NCBI GenBank assembly: GCA_041178425.1
Contig: JBEGVH010000013.1
Location: 10,556-74,555, forward strand
Origin: Pseudomonadota bacterium
GTDB taxonomy: Bacteria; Bdellovibrionota; Bdellovibrionia; Bdellovibrionales; Bdellovibrionaceae
Reading direction: 5' to 3'
Length of the DNA stretch: 64,000 nucleotides
Under the pieces are notes generated by a model. That model was given only the letters and a program-made list of their open reading frames with translations. It had not been told where the DNA came from and searched no databases. Of this stretch, positions 1 to 8,786 are shown one piece after another (position 1 is the stretch's first letter; each line of letters opens with the position of its first letter). A program made the translations under genes and the position numbers.

Positions 1-1315
1 AGCATTGAATCAACGTTTGAATTATCTCAACGCTCGTTGTTTCGTTTATTGAAATGCCGACTTTATTTTTTTGAGGATAAAGGCGTAGGTTGATCTTGTG
101 CTTTGTTGTGTTTTGAACAACTTCTTCGAAGGCTTGGCTAGAAAGCGGGACTGTGAGTGTATCAAAGAAGCTTTCAGACGTGGAGATACCCAGATTGTTG
201 AGACCCAATTTCACAACTTGAGTCAGCGCATGAATACGAGCGGCAATATCTTTCAGACCTTGCGGTCCATGGTAGACGGCATACATTGAGGCCATATTTG
301 CCAATAGTACTTGGGCGGTGCAGATATTGCTTGTCGCCTTCTCGCGTCTAATATGTTGTTCTCTAGTTTGTAGAGCTAGTCGAAGCGCGGGCTTTTGGTC
401 AGCATCGATAGACACGCCAATAAGTCGGCCGGGTAATTGGCGCTTATGCTTATCTGTAGTTGCCAAAAAGGCTGCGTGCGGGCCACCAAATCCAAGCGGA
501 ACTCCAAAGCGCTGACTGTTTCCCGTTACTATGTCGGCCCCCCATTCTCCCGGAGGACGAAGCAGTGTAAGAGACAGCAGATCCACGTTTGCAATTACTA
601 TAGCATTGTGCTCGTGGGCCTTTTTTGCGAGAGCAGTATAATCGACCACTTCCCCATCGGAATGTGGGTATTGAATTAAAACTGCAAAAACATCCTGGGT
701 AAAGTCAAATTTGTTGGCATCCCCGAAAAGCAACTCAATCCCCATAGCCTCAGATCGGGTCTGCATAACTTCCAAAACGTGTGGGTGGCAAGAGGACGAA
801 ACGAACATTTTCTGAGATTTAGACTTGGTATTAATATTCTGAGCCATGACCATGGCTTCAGCAGCGGCAGTCCCTTCATCTAAAAGAGAGGCGTTGGAGA
901 TCTCCATGCCAGTGAGGTCTTTTATCATCGTCTGAAAGTTAAGAAGTGCCTCCATTCGGCCCTGAGAAATTTCGGCTTGGTAGGGGGTATAGGCAGTGTA
1001 CCATGCTGGATTTTCCAGAATATTTCTCAAGATCACTGGTGGAGTAAAGGTATCGTGGTAGCCCATTCCGATCATAGAATGGTAAACTCGGTTCTTTGAC
1101 ATTATGGACTTGATTTGCTTTAGCGTTTCAAATTCGTCTTGAGGCACGAATGAAAGCTCGTGGTTTGATAGAATTGATTTTGGAATGGTTTTTTGAGCGA
1201 GATCCGCCAGGCTCGAGCATGAAATTGCCTCAAGCATTGTTTGAAGTTCGTTATCTCGCGGACCAATGTGACGACGGATAAAGTCTTTTGCTTTTTGCAT
1301 TTCAGTGATTGCCAT
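1..1315 (-). CDS. gcvP: Glycine dehydrogenase (glycine cleavage P protein), 5' part; runs off the left edge of the window
   Basis: Missing from the ORF track. Manual translation from ATG 1315 (SD GGGAGAGG) gives MAITEMQKAKDFIRRHIGP...GMGYHDTFTPPVILRNILENPAWYTAYTPYQAEISQGRMEALLNFQ...SLLDEGTAAAEAM...QRFGVPLGFGGPHAAF...LQTREQHIRREKATSNICTAQ, all GcvP signatures. Confidence 0.95.
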   Translation of the reverse strand, partial: MAITEMQKAKDFIRRHIGPRDNELQTMLEAISCSSLADLAQKTIPKSILSNHELSFVPQDEFETLKQIKSIMSKNRVYHSMIGMGYHDTFTPPVILRNILENPAWYTAYTPYQAEISQGRMEALLNFQTMIKDLTGMEISNASLLDEGTAAAEAMVMAQNINTKSKSQKMFVSSSCHPHVLEVMQTRSEAMGIELLFGDANKFDFTQDVFAVLIQYPHSDGEVVDYTALAKKAHEHNAIVIANVDLLSLTLLRPPGEWGADIVTGNSQRFGVPLGFGGPHAAFLATTDKHKRQLPGRLIGVSIDADQKPALRLALQTREQHIRREKATSNICTAQVLLANMASMYAVYHGPQGLKDIAARIHALTQVVKLGLNNLGISTSESFFDTLTVPLSSQAFEEVVQNTTKHKINLRLYPQKNKVGISINETTSVEIIQTLIQC

Positions 1316-1438
1316 AACCTCTCCCTTTTTTGGAGCCCACGTTGTAACATGCTGAAATTTGTATAGCAAAAGATCTCGAAAAAAATGCTTTTTTCAAATT
1401 GAATTTTTTGAAGGAACTAAGCAAGTCAGTAAAAAATT

Positions 1439-1460
1439 GGCCCTAAAAGAATAAAGGGCC
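1439..1460 (-). terminator. Probable intrinsic terminator of the 1487..1888 gene
   Basis: GGCCCT..AGGGCC stem followed on the minus strand by a T-run. Confidence 0.55.
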
Positions 1461-1486
1461 TTCTATAAATATCGAATTATACAAGA

Positions 1487-1888
1487 TTAGACTTTCGTAG
1501 CCTTTTTACGATTTTTGGTGCTCTTACGTTTTGGAGAGGCGCTCTTTTTTGTGCCCATCTTCTGGGCAGTTGCTTTCTTCTTTACCTCAGCTTTTTGCTT
1601 TAGGGCGATCGCTTTGTATTGGGCGATTGTCTTTTCAACGCTAGATGCAGATTTCTTGATTGATTTTAAAGTTCGCTTGAATTCCTGATCCAATTGCTTT
1701 TGAGCTAGCGTCAATTTCTTCAAGACATCTTGATAGTTTTTTTCAGCAAGAATCCAGTTGTCTTGGCCAATGGTTTCTTTAATTTTTGCCAATTCTGAAT
1801 TAAATTTTTTCTGTATATCAGATTTAAAAGTCGTCCATCGTGGGTGACTATTAAGTTCATTGAGAAAATTATTAACTGTTGTTTGCAT
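1487..1888 (-). CDS. Hypothetical helical protein with Lys-rich basic C-terminal tail
   Basis: 133-aa ORF, SD GGAGG upstream, tail KKSASPKRKSTKNRKKATKV. Confidence 0.75.
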   Translation of the reverse strand: MQTTVNNFLNELNSHPRWTTFKSDIQKKFNSELAKIKETIGQDNWILAEKNYQDVLKKLTLAQKQLDQEFKRTLKSIKKSASSVEKTIAQYKAIALKQKAEVKKKATAQKMGTKKSASPKRKSTKNRKKATKV

Positions 1889-1995
1889 ATTTTATCCCTC
1901 CCCTAAGATGATAGTGGCTAGCACAGTAATTGACCAAGCGCAACTAGGTGATTTGCTGAGGGATCAAAAAGCCAATGAAAGCCCCGTGAAAGCTT

Positions 1996-3159
1996 TTAGG
2001 ACCAAAAACGCAGGAAAAATAAGAGGCGCCCAAGGACCCTGTACCACCAAGGTTTTCTATCAATCCAATCAGAGGTAATTTCTGTGCACTCTCTAAGATC
2101 GTCTATGAAGCTTTGTTCTAGTTGTAGTTTCGTTTCAGCATTGGACAAAAGCACTTCAACTTCCAAATCGTGCAGGAAGCTACGATGGTTAAAATTCGTA
2201 GAGCCAATAGTATGTATGTCATCTACGACAAGTACTTTTTTGTGTAAGAATCTATTTTGGTATTCGAAAATACGAATTCCGTGCCGAACGAGTTGTCCTA
2301 GAAGTGCAAATGTTAAGATCTTAACTATTGGTTGGTCGTTCTTTTCAGGAATAATGACTTTAATTTCAATTCTTCTTTTAGCCGCATGATAAAGAGCTCT
2401 AAGGAGGGAGCGTTCAGGAACGAAGTAAGGGGTTTGGATCCAAATACGTTCCTTTGCTCTTTTTAGCCGGCGTTTCTGAATAAAAGTTGTTCGTCTTCGT
2501 CTGAAAAAAGAATCATTGAGAAGAATAAGTGATGAGCTAGGAGGAGGTGCAAAACGGAGCCATCGCCTATGAAAAAATGCTTTGTCAAAAGCATGGCTCA
2601 GGATGTTTACTGCGCGGCCAGTAAATCTCGCGCCGATATCTCCCCATGCATTTTTACCATAGACCTCTTTTAGGTGCACATCCGTTACATTTAGGCTACT
2701 TACCCAAGCTACTTTTTTGTCGATGATGACAACTTTGCGATGAAATCCTCGATTAATTCCTTTGAGGCGATACCAAAGTTTTCCAAGTAGAGATTGAGGT
2801 TCTCCTCGACTATGTCGAACATGCCGCCAAGGGAGAGCTCGGTAGAGGCGAATTCGAACTCCTGCAGATTCCAGTTGTGAGCCAATCGAATTCCAAAATA
2901 GGGGGGATCCCCAGCCATCGGCGATAATTCGAACAGAAACGCCGCGGGCGCGGGCCGCACGAAAAGTTTCGAGAAGTCGTTGAGCAAACAGACCATCTTC
3001 GAACGTGAAGACTTCCATGTCGATGGATCTCTTTGCCCCATTCATATCTTGGATTAAATCGCGAACTAAGTCGTCATTATCCAGGTATAATTTTTCAGAG
3101 TTCCACCGCGAAAAGCTCATAGCTTGAGAAATGTATCGTAGTGCTGGTATGAGTGTCAA
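1996..3159 (-). CDS. Phospholipase D family / cardiolipin synthase (ClsB-like)
   Basis: Two HxKxxxxD motifs (HRKVVIID, HKKVLVVD), QTPYFVP, GSTNF; true start may be ATG 3120. Confidence 0.88.
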   Translation of the reverse strand: MTLIPALRYISQAMSFSRWNSEKLYLDNDDLVRDLIQDMNGAKRSIDMEVFTFEDGLFAQRLLETFRAARARGVSVRIIADGWGSPLFWNSIGSQLESAGVRIRLYRALPWRHVRHSRGEPQSLLGKLWYRLKGINRGFHRKVVIIDKKVAWVSSLNVTDVHLKEVYGKNAWGDIGARFTGRAVNILSHAFDKAFFHRRWLRFAPPPSSSLILLNDSFFRRRRTTFIQKRRLKRAKERIWIQTPYFVPERSLLRALYHAAKRRIEIKVIIPEKNDQPIVKILTFALLGQLVRHGIRIFEYQNRFLHKKVLVVDDIHTIGSTNFNHRSFLHDLEVEVLLSNAETKLQLEQSFIDDLRECTEITSDWIDRKPWWYRVLGRLLFFLRFWS

Positions 3160-3228
3160 AAGTTAGGGGAGTAAACAGGCAGTATTTCCCGGGGCGCTGG
3201 CAATTGGATACCTATTCGAGGAGTTTCG

Positions 3229-4506
3229 ATGAAGTTAAAAAATCCTGATTTAGACCATAAGCTAAGATTAGAGTTTCTCTCCGATTGGAAAGAGCTTTAT
3301 CCAGAATTGAGTAAACAGGGCCTAGGAGGAATGATTATTTTTCGTGGTGGGCAGGTCTACCTTGAACGTGACGGTGAATACAAAATTCAGTTGTGTGGGC
3401 TCAGTTCTGCCTCAATATTGGGCTTGGATGAAGGGAAGTTCTCCCCAAACCAGGTTTTAATTTCAGGTGATTGGGTGGAGTGCAGAGGTGAGCAAATTGG
3501 AAACCAATTGCTCTTAGCAGAGATTATTCTACTGAGTCCCAATCTTTACGATAATGGACATTGTGCCGAGGTGCCTGAAATGGTGAAGCTTTGGGCTTCA
3601 TTTTTGCTTGAGGTGAATCAATTTTTTGTTCGAGAGGGTTTTGTCCATTTGAATACTCCTACCTTGGTTGCATGCCCGGGCACTGAGCCCTTTCTGGAGC
3701 CATTTGTAACCGAATTAAAAGTCGGGTCAAAGACTCAAAAACTTTATCTTCCAACCAGTCCAGAATTACATTTGAAAAAGTGCCTCGCGAAGGGGTGGGA
3801 CAAAATTTATGAAATTCGCCCCTGTTTTCGAAATGGCGAGATTTCTCCAATTCATCAGCCAGAATTTTTCATGTTGGAGTGGTATAGGGCATTTGCTGGC
3901 ACTGAGAAAATTCAAGAAGATCTCAAGCGATTAGTGGTGTCAATTGATCCAAAGTTCACGCACCTAAATTGGGTTCACAAAAGCATGGCTGAATTATTTA
4001 GGGACTATTTAGATTTTGAACTTCACCCTTGGACCACAATGACCGATCTGACTGAGTTAGCTTGCTCTCATGGTGTGGATGTATCTAGGGCAGCTGATTT
4101 TGATGAGGTCTTTTTTTTCATTTTTGTGGAGAAAATTGAGCCTCAGCTGAAGAATTATGATTGTCTTTTTTTACATAGTTATCCTCCAAGTCAGGCGGCA
4201 TTGGCGCGATTGAACTCCGAGGGCTGGGGGGACCGATTCGAATTTTATATTCGAGGGATGGAAGTTGCTAATGCATTTAATGAGCTCAATAATCCGAGGA
4301 TACAGCGGCTAAGGTCTAGCGAAGATCTTGCAAAAAAGAAGCTGCATGGTCGATCGCCAATAGACCTGGATGAAGAATTTTTTGTTCATCTTGAAAAGGG
4401 TATGCCGCCATCTTGTGGTATCGCCCTCGGCCTTGAACGATTATTTATGGGTATTAAAAATATCGAAAAGATCGAGTGTTTTCGTTTGTTTTATGCCAAA
4501 AATTAA
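3229..4506 (+). CDS. epmA: EF-P lysine--(R)-beta-lysine ligase (EpmA/GenX/PoxA)
   Basis: LPTSPELHLKK, CFRNGE..HQPEFFMLEWYR, RFEFYI.GMEVANAFNEL, GMPPSCGIALGLERL. Confidence 0.9.
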   Translation: MKLKNPDLDHKLRLEFLSDWKELYPELSKQGLGGMIIFRGGQVYLERDGEYKIQLCGLSSASILGLDEGKFSPNQVLISGDWVECRGEQIGNQLLLAEIILLSPNLYDNGHCAEVPEMVKLWASFLLEVNQFFVREGFVHLNTPTLVACPGTEPFLEPFVTELKVGSKTQKLYLPTSPELHLKKCLAKGWDKIYEIRPCFRNGEISPIHQPEFFMLEWYRAFAGTEKIQEDLKRLVVSIDPKFTHLNWVHKSMAELFRDYLDFELHPWTTMTDLTELACSHGVDVSRAADFDEVFFFIFVEKIEPQLKNYDCLFLHSYPPSQAALARLNSEGWGDRFEFYIRGMEVANAFNELNNPRIQRLRSSEDLAKKKLHGRSPIDLDEEFFVHLEKGMPPSCGIALGLERLFMGIKNIEKIECFRLFYAKN

Positions 4507-4623
4507 ATTTATTTAATAAACGAGTCTGACTATTCCCCTCAGTAGTTGGGGCGTCATGACTCTCGCAATTGGAAAAAGTTGTAGCTAGCAACTAAGTCCT
4601 ATTTAACAGCGTTAACTTCATCA

Positions 4624-7047
4624 ATGGAGGTTTTCGCGACCATGGCGAGTTGGATGCTGCCTTCGAATGCTCTAAGTGTTCAAGTAAAACAAGAAAATTT
4701 CCAATTTCAGACGACGGCTGAATTAGAGCCATTGATAGGAAGCCTCGGTCAGGAGAGAGCTCTGCATGCTTTGCAGGTCGCTGCAGAGATTGATTCCTGG
4801 GATTACAATGTTTTTGTTATCGGTGAAACCGGATTAGGAAAACATGAGGTTGTCCGAAGTTTTCTCGAAGACCAAATAGCTCACAGAGTGATTTCTGGGG
4901 ATTGGATCTACGTTTACAACTTTATAAATCCAGATCAGCCAACCGCGATTATGCTTCCCCCTGGTAATGCCAGAGGCTTTCAGAGGCAGATGGCTCAATT
5001 CATCGACGATTTGAGGACAACTATTCCATCACTTTATGAGAGCGAAAGGTACCGCAACAGAAGAGATAGTTTAATTAAAGAGTTCAAAGATTTGCAAGAT
5101 CGAGCCATTTCCGATTTGCAAGATCGGGCTAAAAAATTAAATGTTTATCTATTAAACTTGCGCGGGAACTTGATCTTTGCGCAGGGAGATAAATCTGGGA
5201 ATTTAATTGATGACGACGCTCTTTCAAAGATGTCAGAAGAGGAGCAGAAAGAGATCAGCACCAGGTTATTTCATTTTAATGAGGAATTGCTTGCGGTAGT
5301 GAGTCAGTTTCCAATTTTAGAGCGTCAGCTCAGAAATAATCTAAAAGAGTTTAGTCACGAAATGATAGCCGTCGAGGTTGAGACTCTTTCTAAGGATTTA
5401 AGAGAATGCTACAGTGATCATCCCAAAATTAAAAATTATCTGGCTGAGTTGACAAAAGATATTATCGAAAATGCGAGATATTTTAGGCGTGGCCAGGAGG
5501 AGCAAGTTGAAATTTTTGAGCGGTTTGCATCGCCCTTAAAAAGATATCAAATAAATATTATGATAGAACAATCAACTAGTTCGAGAGGGCCAGTCATCTA
5601 CGAGGATAACCCAACCTTTATGAACCTCGTTGGGCAAATTGAACATGTTTCTCATATGGGAGCTTTGGTCACGGATTTCAGTTTAATAAAAGCAGGAGCA
5701 CTTCATCGGGCTAGCGGTGGATTTTTGATGTTAGATGCAAATAAGCTACTGACATCCGCTTATGCCTGGGAGGGTTTAAAGCGTTCGTTGAAGGCACAGA
5801 GAATTAGCATTGAATCTCTTGGGCAAGTTTATAATCTGATTTCTACAGTTTCAGTCCGCCCTGAAGCCATTCCCCTTAATTGCAGAATCTTAGTTTTTGG
5901 AGACCGAGAAACTTTTCAGTTGCTGACAAGATTTGATCCAGAGTTTGCGACATTATTTAAAATAGTCACTGAATTTAATAATGTGATGAAAAGAACAGAA
6001 CAAAATGAGTTCTATTTCATGCGCTTTATTGCAATGGAAATAAAGCGAAAAGAAATGCGTCCACTAGAGCTTAGTGGAGCCGTGCAAGTTTTAAAATATG
6101 CGATTAGGTGGGCTGAGGATACTGATCGAATCTCTTTAGATATTGAAAAAATTGTGAATCTATTAAAGGAAGCCAATTACTTCGCAAATCAATCCAGGTT
6201 AACTACTATTTCTGGGGAAATCGTACGAACGGCAATGGACGCCCAGAGAAAAAGGTTAAGTATGACCTATGAAAAAATCCTAGATGAAATGGTTCGTGGG
6301 ACCGTTTTGGTGGATGTCGAAGGTTGGGTTGTGGGACAGGTGAATGGGTTATCAATTTTTGAAGTCGGAAACTTGCTGTTTGGGAGAGTAAACCGAATTA
6401 CCTCCGCTGTTAGTATGGGTGAAGGCCATGTTATCGACATAGAGAGGGAGACTAAGCTCGGTGGATCTATTCATTCAAAAGGAGTTTTAATCCTGGCTGG
6501 GTTTTTGCGCTCCTTTTACGCCTCAGATGTGCCCCTCGCCATTTCTGCGAGTCTTGTTTTTGAGCAATCCTATGGATCGGTTGAGGGTGATAGTGCCTCC
6601 TTGGCTGAGCTGTGTGCGCTGCTTTCATCCCTTTCGCAGTTTTCGGTTCGACAGTCGTTTGCAGTTACGGGATCTATCAATCAGCACGGAGAGGTGCAGG
6701 CCGTTGGGGCTATTAACGAAAAAATTGAGGGCTTTTTTGATTTATGTTTGCAGCGAGGATTATCTAGCGAACAAGGAATGATTATTCCCAGAGCAAACAT
6801 CAAACATTTAGCCTTACGTGAAGATATTGTCAGCGCTGTTGAAAAGAATCTTTTTACTATCTACGCGGTGGATAGCGTACATGACTGCATGCAGTTGTTA
6901 ACGGGCATGCCTTCTCCCGCTATTACGGATAAAATTGAAAGTCGTTTAAGAGGTTACTCTGCGCAGATTCAAAAAATGAGGACTCCATCCTTAAGGCAAG
7001 CGCCTTCAAATTTAGAGATAAGAGAAATGAATGCTGCAAAAAAATAA
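4624..7047 (+). CDS. Lon-like protease (LonC/YcbZ-type AAA-like domain plus Lon_C domain)
   Basis: GQERA, IKAGALHRASGGFL, GQVNGLS, HSKGVLIL, catalytic Ser in EGDSASLAE and Lys in GAINEKIEGF. Confidence 0.88.
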   Translation: MEVFATMASWMLPSNALSVQVKQENFQFQTTAELEPLIGSLGQERALHALQVAAEIDSWDYNVFVIGETGLGKHEVVRSFLEDQIAHRVISGDWIYVYNFINPDQPTAIMLPPGNARGFQRQMAQFIDDLRTTIPSLYESERYRNRRDSLIKEFKDLQDRAISDLQDRAKKLNVYLLNLRGNLIFAQGDKSGNLIDDDALSKMSEEEQKEISTRLFHFNEELLAVVSQFPILERQLRNNLKEFSHEMIAVEVETLSKDLRECYSDHPKIKNYLAELTKDIIENARYFRRGQEEQVEIFERFASPLKRYQINIMIEQSTSSRGPVIYEDNPTFMNLVGQIEHVSHMGALVTDFSLIKAGALHRASGGFLMLDANKLLTSAYAWEGLKRSLKAQRISIESLGQVYNLISTVSVRPEAIPLNCRILVFGDRETFQLLTRFDPEFATLFKIVTEFNNVMKRTEQNEFYFMRFIAMEIKRKEMRPLELSGAVQVLKYAIRWAEDTDRISLDIEKIVNLLKEANYFANQSRLTTISGEIVRTAMDAQRKRLSMTYEKILDEMVRGTVLVDVEGWVVGQVNGLSIFEVGNLLFGRVNRITSAVSMGEGHVIDIERETKLGGSIHSKGVLILAGFLRSFYASDVPLAISASLVFEQSYGSVEGDSASLAELCALLSSLSQFSVRQSFAVTGSINQHGEVQAVGAINEKIEGFFDLCLQRGLSSEQGMIIPRANIKHLALREDIVSAVEKNLFTIYAVDSVHDCMQLLTGMPSPAITDKIESRLRGYSAQIQKMRTPSLRQAPSNLEIREMNAAKK

Positions 7048-7079
7048 AAGGCCAACCAATTGGTTAGCCTTTTATTTTT
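7041..7079. terminator. Bidirectional intrinsic terminator between the Lon-like gene and tRNA-Leu
   Basis: AAAATAAAAGGC-CAACC-AATT-GGTTA-GCCTTTTATTTT inverted repeat between convergent genes. Confidence 0.75.
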
Positions 7080-7088
7080 GTATATAAT

Positions 7089-7171
7089 TGGTGCCCCGCG
7101 AGGGACTTGAACCCCCACGCTTGCGCACTAGATCCTAAGTCTAGCGTGTCTGCCAATTTCACCAGCGGGGC
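7089..7171 (-). tRNA. tRNA-Leu(TAG)
   Basis: Acceptor stem GCCCCGC/GCGGGGC plus ACCA, D-loop TTGGCAGAC, anticodon arm CTAGA-CTTAGGA-TCTAG, variable arm, T-loop GTTCAAGTC. Confidence 0.95.
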
Positions 7172-7197
7172 AAGAGCACAGAAGCTAATTAAAAATT

Positions 7198-7590
7198 CTA
7201 CTTAGCTTCGTTTATTAGTCTTTTATAATCAGGGGCTCGCATCAAGTTGGCAAGTTCTTTTTCAGTATCCATCTCGATACGGATTAGCCACCCGTCATTC
7301 ATTGGGTCATCGTTTAACACAGAAGGGTTGTCCATCAAAGTAGTATTTACTTCAATTACAGTTCCTGACACAGGTGAGTAAAGATCACTTGCGGCTTTAA
7401 CGCTTTCAATCACCCCAAAAGACTCATTTTGAGTAACTTTTGAGCCCTCTTCTGGGAGTTCAACATAAACTATTTCGCCCAAGGAGTCTTGAGCAAATTC
7501 AGTAATACCTACGGTGACGATATTCTCATCAACCTGAGCCCACTCGTGGTCTTTGGTGTAATAAAGATCTTCAGGAACGATAAATCCCAT
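7198..7590 (-). CDS. gcvH: Glycine cleavage system H protein
   Basis: YTKDHEW, VGITEFAQDSLGEIVYVELP, lipoyl-Lys motif ESVKAASDLYSPVSG. Confidence 0.96.
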   Translation of the reverse strand: MGFIVPEDLYYTKDHEWAQVDENIVTVGITEFAQDSLGEIVYVELPEEGSKVTQNESFGVIESVKAASDLYSPVSGTVIEVNTTLMDNPSVLNDDPMNDGWLIRIEMDTEKELANLMRAPDYKRLINEAK

Positions 7591-7599
7591 AGCAACTCC

Positions 7600-8694
7600 T
7601 TAAGTAGGTCTAACAAAGGGTGTTTGTACGACCTCGGCTTTCACTTTTCGCCCTCGAATTTCAACTAGGATCTCGGAGCCCAATTTTGCAAATTGAGGCC
7701 AAACATACCCGAGGCCAATTGGTTCATTTGTAGAAGGCGACAGAGTCCCACTGGTTACCTTGCCCATTTCTTGGTTGTCAAAAGAAAAGAGTGTATAGCC
7801 TTGGCGGGGTATTCCTTTTTCGATCAATTTGAATCCAACCAAAACGAGAGGTAACCCAGCCTCCTTTTGAGCAACTAGAACTTCTTTTCCGATAAAGTTT
7901 TTTAGGTTTGGTTTAATGACCCATCCTAAACCGGCGGAATAAGGATTGATGTGATCGTCAATTTCATGACCATAGAGACTATACTTCATCTCAAGTCGGA
8001 GGGTGTCTCTCGCGCCCAAGCCAATCGGCATGACACCAAAATTTTTTCCAACCTCGAGAAGGGCTTTCCAAAGATCAGCTGCAGCGGTGGCTGGGACGAA
8101 TATTTCAGCCCCTTTTTCTCCGGTGTAGCCTGTTGTTGCCACCATTAGCTCGATACCGTTCCATTGGACGTATTCCCATTTAAAGGGGGCTATGTCAGAC
8201 ACTCTGAAATTTAAAACTTTATCGAGCAAAGGGAGAGCCTTTGGGCCTTGAACAGCAATTTGCCCCCATCGATCACTCTCATCCGTAATCTCTGCCCCTT
8301 TATTGTGCGCTTTCATCCATTCGAAATCTTTGTCTTTGTTTGAAGCATTTACACAAACGAAATACTCATAACCGGGCTGTACGCAGTACACGATAATATC
8401 ATCAACAAGCCCACCTTGGTCGTTCGGTAGAAGTGAATACTGAGCCTCGCCTTTTTTTAGTTTGCTGACGTCATTTGTTGTCAGCCATTCGGTTGTCTCC
8501 AATGCTTTTTCGCCTTTGATGCGAATTTCACCCATATGGGACACGTCGAAAAGGCCAACATTGGTGCGGACATTTAAATGCTCCTCTTTTAGACCGAGGT
8601 ATTGAACGGGCATTTCGAAACCTGCAAAGGGTACCATCTTAGCGCCCAAATTTACGTGCTCTTGAAAGAGGGGAGTTCTTTTTATTTCTGCCAT
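7600..8694 (-). CDS. gcvT: Glycine cleavage system aminomethyltransferase T
   Basis: GAKMVPFAGFEMPVQY, FDVSHMG, TGYTGE, GLGARDTLRLE. Confidence 0.96.
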   Translation of the reverse strand: MAEIKRTPLFQEHVNLGAKMVPFAGFEMPVQYLGLKEEHLNVRTNVGLFDVSHMGEIRIKGEKALETTEWLTTNDVSKLKKGEAQYSLLPNDQGGLVDDIIVYCVQPGYEYFVCVNASNKDKDFEWMKAHNKGAEITDESDRWGQIAVQGPKALPLLDKVLNFRVSDIAPFKWEYVQWNGIELMVATTGYTGEKGAEIFVPATAAADLWKALLEVGKNFGVMPIGLGARDTLRLEMKYSLYGHEIDDHINPYSAGLGWVIKPNLKNFIGKEVLVAQKEAGLPLVLVGFKLIEKGIPRQGYTLFSFDNQEMGKVTSGTLSPSTNEPIGLGYVWPQFAKLGSEILVEIRGRKVKAEVVQTPFVRPT

Positions 8695-8786
8695 ACCAAC
8701 CTATTCCTTGTGTGATAACATTTAGCGTTTTTCGGAAAAACTACAGGAATGTCAACAGTACAGTCGTTTTGGCCTAAGTCATCATT

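Noticed and set aside
1329..1341. TTGGAGCCCACG as a possible att copy of the tRNA-Leu 3' end
   Set aside because: Short, mismatched similarity and no integrase in the window.
98..1350. Short ORFs in the track (98..289, 318..515, 437..679, 676..879, 1120..1350)
   Set aside because: Shadow frames of gcvP. The same applies to the many 60-180 aa antisense or out-of-frame ORFs overlapping confident genes across the window.
1316..1486. Possible glycine riboswitch upstream of gcvP (also checked upstream of gcvT)
   Set aside because: No GGAGA..CCGAAG..CTCTCAGG aptamer motifs; the leaders are AT-rich and short.
4521..4566. Imperfect hairpin between epmA and the Lon-like gene
   Set aside because: Irregular stem with no U-tract or recognisable motif; cannot be told apart from chance folding.
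5088..5130. 24-bp-period tandem duplication (DLQDRA twice) in the Lon-like gene
   Set aside because: Only two in-frame copies inside a coiled coil; not an array.
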